DNA of 64,000 nt from Schizochytrium sp. TIO01. Its lineage: Eukaryota > Protista > Bigyra: Labyrinthulomycetes. The stretch covers positions 2,604,001-2,668,000 of the forward strand of contig SMSO01000033.1 of the NCBI GenBank assembly GCA_004764695.1, in the 5' to 3' direction. Position 1 is the stretch's first letter. The number at the start of each line of letters is the position of its first letter. The translations under genes were made by a program, and so were the position numbers. The notes under the pieces are model-generated. The model searched no databases and was not told where the DNA came from. It was given only the letters and a program-made list of their open reading frames with translations. Below are positions 57,756 through 64,000 of the stretch, piece after piece.

Positions 57756-59865
57756 TAATAATAGAGTGCACTGCGCTTTTAGTTTCACATCCCATGTTAA
57801 GTGGGCCAGTTTTTATAATGAGATAGTTTGCCACCACAGCTGGTTGATTGGCTAACTGCCTCCTCTAGTCAACCTCCCTACCCCCCACCCCAAAAAAAGG
57901 TAATCTTCGTGTCGTATCACCTTTTGATGAATGAAATACATGAGTATGTGCACTGACTGCATTTACACGTTACCTCTTTCAATATCCACTTAGATTTGAG
58001 ATTTGAGATTCTCTCGACGCAAATCAAGACCCCACTTAACTTCTTTTGCGCTCTCTTCGTCGTCGTCTTAATTCCCTCTGCGCTCCTTTCACTTTTTTTC
58101 ATTGAATATCTAAACGTGAGATACGAAGTGTAGCATTAAGATTATCGCTTAAAGAATTCCAAGAGTTGCAGCACTGTGAAGTATTTACATAAGTCCAACT
58201 ACATCGTCAATCGTCAATAGTACAATTCGAACAACAGTAGTTTTTCTAGTAATCGTCTGCTCAACTAAAATATGTCTGCTATCTCAACGTTTGGAACTAA
58301 CGCCACCTAATCCTTTGTAACCAAAGAGCAGCACACCCTATTTGCGTGTCTTCGATGTCTTGCCTACTAGCTCTTCATTGATCCTTCTTGCTTGCGCTGA
58401 AACTTTATCCATCCTGTACGAAGTCGGCAGCTTATTCGACAGAGTTAATTCACTTTCGTCAAAATGCGTTCATAAAGTATCTTCAGAACAGTCCACCAAT
58501 AGCATTCCTTAATCTCAGTAAAGAGAGTTAAGCACCTGTCCTTTTACTAGATGTTGAAAAAAGCGGTGCCGATCCTCAACTCAGACAGGGCAAAGGGTAT
58601 CTAACTCCTACTCTGGCTCACAAACAGTCCGAAAAAGCTGCGCCGAAGCTCGATATCAGCGGAATGTAGAACCCTGCAAAACGTTTTAGTATAAACAAGC
58701 ACCCATCCTCGCGAAGTTGGAACGGGTTTGTATCTTCACGCGTATTGCGTGTTGGAACTCGACAAATGTTGTGCGGTCGATTTTGCCTTCCAAAGTGGAA
58801 GATCGAGTCACAAATCACCCCCACAGATTCAGCGCTTAGGTCACTTGCGCTCAAGAAGATCGTAACATACGTGTGCTTTTCGCGGATGATACTACCCATT
58901 ACTATCACGTATCTTAAATTCGCAAGAATCGAAGTCAGATTCAGTTATGTGCGTCCTAGACTCAAGTCGATGAAGTGGCGAAAGAATGCTATGATCAAGC
59001 GCCAGCCCTTGAAAGCATTGTAAATTCTTGCTGCACAACAATCTGCTGAAGACTAAAGCTGCAAATCGTGGCTCCGGTGTTACGCCGCCAGCAGCAATGC
59101 ATAGTCCCACTATCTTCAGCTTGCTCTGGTAGAATAGTGGTGGCAACTTTCATGCAGCTTGCATTTATTTCTCATGGCATGCCAACGACTGTACTAATGG
59201 CATCAATCGAAGTATGCATTTTTCATAAGGCAGGAAAATAAAAGTGCATTACATCTCCAACTTGCAGTTCTTGCAATTCTTGCACAAATTCATGTCGCAA
59301 ACCGAGGCAAAGCAAGCCACCTTGGTTAATCCTATCCGTACATCTTCCTTGCAATTTCAATCCAATTTCCCAAATTTTCGCAGCACCCTGCAAGTTATTT
59401 TTTTGGCTTCCGTCGTTCCAGTGCTTCCATGGCGCTTTGTCGGGAGGGTTGCGATCTTGCAGAGCCTCGGTACCGGTACCACTTTATGGACCTCGCCTTG
59501 TGCGCTAAGCCTCCTTCCGCACTAGTGACAGCTACTGATAACTGGTAGTACTCGATCACAGCGAGGGAAAAGAAAGAAATAATAAATTAAAAAAAATTTC
59601 GTTTTGGATATAGGATTTAGAGCAAATAGAACAATGTTTAGTGCCTATCTTGACGAGTTTTCGAGATTGTGGATCCTGAGGATTTCGAGTTTCCAATGCA
59701 ATCATCGATGAGCAAACCCGAAACTAGCCCAAGCAGCTCCAAAGCACAAACGGCCTTGGCAGACACGATACGAGTTGGAGGCAGCGCTGCTCCACGAGAC
59801 GAAAGGTACGAGTTGGGACACGGAACCCGCAAGATAACTTGAGGGACGGAGAACGTATAGCAACC

Positions 59866-61188
59866 ATGGGTGAATTCTTTCCCGAGGTTGGCAAGATTGA
59901 ATACAAGGGACCAGGCAGCAACGATGTGCTTTCGTACAGGTGGTATAACCCTGATGAAGAGATCCTTGGAAAGAAGATGAAAGACTGGCTTAAGTTTTCT
60001 GTCTGCTTTTGGCATACTTTCCGAGGCGTCGGCATGGACCCCTTTGGCAAACCTACGATCACCAGCCGCTTCCAGGGCGATGATGGATCTGACTCAGTCG
60101 AAAATGCGCTCCGTCGCGTAGACGCCGCCTTTGAGCTATTTACAAAGCTTGGCGTTGAGTACTACAGCTTTCATGATGTGGATGTTTCTCCCGAAGGTGC
60201 AACACTCAAGGAGACAAATGAGAACCTTGACAAGATTACCGACCGCATGCTAGAACTGCAAAAGAAAACAGGAGTGAAGCTTTTGTGGGGTACAGCTAAC
60301 CTCTTTACCAACCCCCGCTACATGAACGGTGGCTCCACGAACCCGGACCCGAATGTCTTCATTCGAGCTGCTGCACAGGTTAAAAAGGCTATCGATGTTA
60401 CGCACAAGCTTGGTGGTCAAGGTTTTGTATTTTGGGGTGGTCGCGAAGGCTACATGCACATTCTCAACACTGATGTTGTGCGTGAGATGAACCACTATGC
60501 CCAGATGCTGAAGATGGCGATTGCATACAAGAAGAAGATCGGCTTTGATGGTCAAATTCTTGTGGAGCCAAAACCTCGTGAACCAATGAAGCACCAATAT
60601 GATTACGATGTACAAACCGTGATTGGGTTCTTGCGAGAGCATGGGCTTGAAAAAGAAGTCCTGCTGAATGTTGAACCCAACCACACCCAGCTTGCGGGCC
60701 ACGAATTTGAGCATGACTTTATCTTTGCTGCCAAACTTGGCATGCTTGGAAGCATTGATGCTAATACCGGGTCTGAGAGTCTTGGCTGGGACACTGATGA
60801 GTTCATCACTGACCAGACTCATGCGACTCTGCTGTGTCGCACGATTATTGAGATGGGCGGTTTCAAAAAAGGTGGCCTTAACTTTGATGCCAAGGTGCGA
60901 CGCGAAAGTACTGATCCAGAGGATCTCTTTATCGCGCACGTGGCATCTATGGATGCACTTGCTAAAGGTCTTCGCAATGCTGCCAAATTGGTTGATGAAG
61001 GCCGTATGGCTAAGATGCTCGCAGAGCGCTACGCTGGATGGGACTCTGGACTAGGTAAGAGAATTGAGGATGGCCAGAGTTCGCTTGACGAGCTGGAGGA
61101 TCATGCGCTCCAGAATGATGAGGAGCCCGCTAAGACTTCAGCAAAACAGGAGAAGTTTATTGCTGTTCTCAACCAATACATTTCTTAA
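59866..61188 (+). CDS. xylA: Class II xylose isomerase, 440 aa
   Basis: CFWHTF, FHDVD, VFWGGREGY, VEPKPREP.KHQYDYD, NVEPNH, GSIDAN, GWDTDEF and GGLNFDAK motifs; ATG at 59866 in CAACC context. Confidence 0.97.
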   Translation: MGEFFPEVGKIEYKGPGSNDVLSYRWYNPDEEILGKKMKDWLKFSVCFWHTFRGVGMDPFGKPTITSRFQGDDGSDSVENALRRVDAAFELFTKLGVEYYSFHDVDVSPEGATLKETNENLDKITDRMLELQKKTGVKLLWGTANLFTNPRYMNGGSTNPDPNVFIRAAAQVKKAIDVTHKLGGQGFVFWGGREGYMHILNTDVVREMNHYAQMLKMAIAYKKKIGFDGQILVEPKPREPMKHQYDYDVQTVIGFLREHGLEKEVLLNVEPNHTQLAGHEFEHDFIFAAKLGMLGSIDANTGSESLGWDTDEFITDQTHATLLCRTIIEMGGFKKGGLNFDAKVRRESTDPEDLFIAHVASMDALAKGLRNAAKLVDEGRMAKMLAERYAGWDSGLGKRIEDGQSSLDELEDHALQNDEEPAKTSAKQEKFIAVLNQYIS

Positions 61189-61611
61189 AATGTGATTATT
61201 TTACTGCTCTTCCCAGCTAGAAAAACAGAACCTTCTAACTTTTCATAATTAAATTTATATTCTTGAGTTCTTATAGCTCCTCATTTTTTTCATTGGTATG
61301 CTCGTTTTAGTCAAGATGGTAAAAATAGTAATTACATACCTACCGCAGGACTGCGAATCTCGGAATTAAGTAATTTTTAAAGCAACTTTATCATCTCGAG
61401 GTGATCCAATGAGTTAACTCTGGATTTCACGCAATAATACCTCCTTTTGTAATGACTCTGCAAGTACGTAGGCATTTTTTTGTATTTTCTATTTTGTTTC
61501 CTAATTTCTGTTTTCTGTTCTTTTTCCCCTTCTTTTTTTTTTGTTCACAGCCTGAGAAAGAAAGAGCAAAAGCGAAACAACCAAACGTGGCCCTCAACCA
61601 AGCTTGTTGCC

Positions 61612-62406
61612 ATGGTTCGTCTTCGCCTGAGATACGTCGTAGTTGCTATCAGACCCGCTGATGCTGACTGCTCTGATCTTAATATTCACTCTGTGAAGCG
61701 ACGACGTACACAAAAGACTGGCGGCAGCATCGTCGATGGCGGGGATGTCCAGTCACCAACCACTCACCACAAAGAAGATGAGGACGAAGTGGAGGTCGAG
61801 GTCGAGGAAATACCCAAGGCTAGCGAGGACTCCAAATCGTTGGGTAAGCGGGGTCGAGGCGAGCAGAAGATATATACTGTAGAAGAATGGCAGGATAAGA
61901 AGCCGCTTCCATTCCTTTCGGGAGTAAACCAAAAGCAAATCTATGTTTCTCTTCAGCGCAAAATTAGGATTGACTTTGGTGACTTTGGCTCAGCAACGTT
62001 GGGCACATCGCTTCAAGGTAAGTGTTGAACTTGGCTCTTGGACGCAGTTTTTTGGGTGGGAGGGTACTTTAAGATGCATTGCGAAACTATGAATATTTAC
62101 TGACTGACCATTTATTTGTGACAACTGATTTCGTCGATTAATTATTTCTCATCAGTGAAAACACTGGAGCTTCGTTGTGGACTGATGGTACTACGTGTGA
62201 AACGTGAAAGTTTTGAGGATTGTCGCTCGCTTCTTGAAGACGCGCATGACATTGGAGGGCACGGCCCAGTAAAGCTGCAGATTGTGCATGTTGCTGGAAG
62301 TACTCGACTTATGCAAAACGCAATGGAAAGAATTCATAAAGCGATTCCCTCTTTCTCAAGGGTCCCAGAGAAATGCTGGAAAGAAATAATCGCCAATGCA
62401 TCTTAA
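61612..62406 (+). CDS. POP5: RNase P/MRP subunit Pop5 (Rpp14/Pop5 family); 2 exons (61612-62017, 62156-62406), 218 aa
   Basis: MVRLRLRYVVV, I..DFGDFG....SLQ|VK, LRV.R and IVHVAGSTR motifs; intron GTAAGT...CAG at 62018-62155 keeps frame. Confidence 0.85.
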
Positions 62407-63060
62407 TGAAAATCGTCTGATCTGTCTAAGTTGCTGTGTCACGAGGCAATGAAGCGTTTTAGCATTGTAAATACAATTTTGATTATGTTAGGACTATTTC
62501 TTTTCTAAAGTTTGTCTTCTTTTCTGAATCTATTGAGCTTCTCGGGGTTTGAAATTTCCTGTGGTGTCAATAGAGGAATATAAATTGATTCTCAGATCTT
62601 ACCCTTCTTTGCAGTCTTTGTGAATTTGAAACTCGCGTTCCTATTGTTTAAGAAATTATTTGAACACAATCTGTGTATATCAAAATATACTGAGAAGACT
62701 AGCCATGCTATGCAACCTCATGAGGTAAAGGGAAAATATGTATTAGCATCATAACTAATAACATTTTCCAGGCGCATTTGGTCCGATCTTCTTCTTAGTA
62801 TATATACAATCTCGATTTATAGAGATCCGTTACCCTGGTCATTTTTTACCAATATGTGTACAAGGGAGTTTACCAAAGCGCAACATAAATAGTTTTCTCT
62901 CAAATTTATTAGGAAGAGTTTATAGTAGCGTAGTGAACCAGCTATAGAGTCAAGATTACAAAGCGGATCATCGCAAGGCAAAAGCAAGCCATGCTTGAAG
63001 AGGAGGAAGAAGGACAAGAAGAGCCTTTTCATCGTGCTGAAGAGCTGTATCCTGGTTGTG

Positions 63061-64000
63061 ATGGCCTCGTCCGACGGGCGCCCTCAGGATATCAAGAAGG
63101 CAGCCTTGAGTTACAGAGGAGTTGAGAACCCAGAGGCTCTGGGGCGATGGTGGGAACACCCATTCATGCACGAACTTGAAGAAGAGAATCGACACGAGGT
63201 TCAACTCGCACAGGAAAATGATGTGCATTGTAAAAGACAGGACCAAGTTGAGTGGGCAGCTATGAGAGATTTTAATGTTGGTGCCCATGTAACTTTAAGC
63301 CAGCGTGGTGGCTTAAAGGAATGGTTTGCTAGCGTTGATGCTGACAATAGTGGTTCAGTCTCACTTCTGGAACTCGCTGATCCATTGCTGACAACCGGAG
63401 TTGCGGAAAGCATCGAAGAATGCGTGGAAATTTTCAAGGTTATCGATGAAGATGGCTCTGGGGAGATAGACTTTGATGAATTCCTTGAGCTTGTTACTAT
63501 CAAATCTTCTGGCCGTCTTTGTCGTATGCGCCTGCAATGGCAACGTGCAATGGGCAAAATCCCAACAATGGTGTCCGAGACAGAGCGCAGGGCAGCAATT
63601 GATGCTGCGAAAGCTGATGGTATCCTTGCCATTTGCGAAGCTCTAAAGAAAGATGAGCACAATTCATTGACGTTGATGTCGGCCATTGTTTTTGAACGCC
63701 GCAAATTCTTGAGTCAAGCTGTCATGGAAGATGCGTCAAGGTATCGTGTTCGGTTTAGCAAGAAGCAGTTTAGTGCAATCCAGAATCTTCTTTTTAGTAC
63801 GCCAGAAGAACGAGAGGCTGCACTTTGTCATGTAACTGAAAAGGATGCTGCAAAAGCACGTTTGCTAACTCCTTACAAGCTTGTATCATATCAGCGACCA
63901 GAACCAAACCCCAAGCTATTTCGAACTCATAAACTCCCTTGGAAAAACGACAATACAGAAATGGAGACACAAGATAACCATACGGTAGTTGAGGACCAAG
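63061..64000 (+). CDS. EF-hand pair protein, truncated at the window edge (absent from the ORF track)
   Basis: Frame open from ATG 63061 to the window end; encodes FASVDADNSGSVSLLEL and FKVIDEDGSGEIDFDEF. Confidence 0.85.
   Translation, partial: MASSDGRPQDIKKAALSYRGVENPEALGRWWEHPFMHELEEENRHEVQLAQENDVHCKRQDQVEWAAMRDFNVGAHVTLSQRGGLKEWFASVDADNSGSVSLLELADPLLTTGVAESIEECVEIFKVIDEDGSGEIDFDEFLELVTIKSSGRLCRMRLQWQRAMGKIPTMVSETERRAAIDAAKADGILAICEALKKDEHNSLTLMSAIVFERRKFLSQAVMEDASRYRVRFSKKQFSAIQNLLFSTPEEREAALCHVTEKDAAKARLLTPYKLVSYQRPEPNPKLFRTHKLPWKNDNTEMETQDNHTVVEDQ

Noticed and set aside
60250-60939. 229 aa antisense ORF, and similar ones over cls, DnaJ, USP and the NT5C-like gene
   Set aside because: Shadow ORFs produced by codon bias of the sense gene

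Overview
Eukaryotic nuclear DNA, most likely a heterotrophic stramenopile such as a thraustochytrid. This is inferred from intron-poor genes with short GT-AG introns, the gene repertoire, a class II xylose isomerase and tetranucleotide microsatellites. The window has two parts. (1) 1-20.3 kb has no credible protein gene: AT-rich linkers and microsatellites alternate with about a dozen 100-450 nt GC-richer islands, many of which fold by eye into nested multibranch helices, several showing AGGAG/GGAG in loops. This is a candidate large modular structured ncRNA locus, not statistically tested. (2) 20.3-64 kb holds 18 genes: a secretory Cys-GPx with an ShKT domain inserted inside the GPx fold, MZT1, a Nicolin-1-like protein, a bacterial (PLD)-type cardiolipin synthase, U2A' with an extra SAP domain, a degenerate bZIP-like protein with tandem SnoaL-like domains, an NT5C-like HAD, a TPR protein, DnaJ/DnaJ-X, USP36/42-like, FUN14, a CDP-alcohol phosphatidyltransferase fused to a degenerate cytidylyltransferase domain, xylose isomerase, POP5, a truncated EF-hand protein and three hypotheticals. 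Four gene models needed manual splicing. Shared TACAGTA-core motifs lie upstream of several genes, notably the mitochondrial lipid/membrane ones. No tRNA, rRNA, CRISPR array or transposon was recognised.
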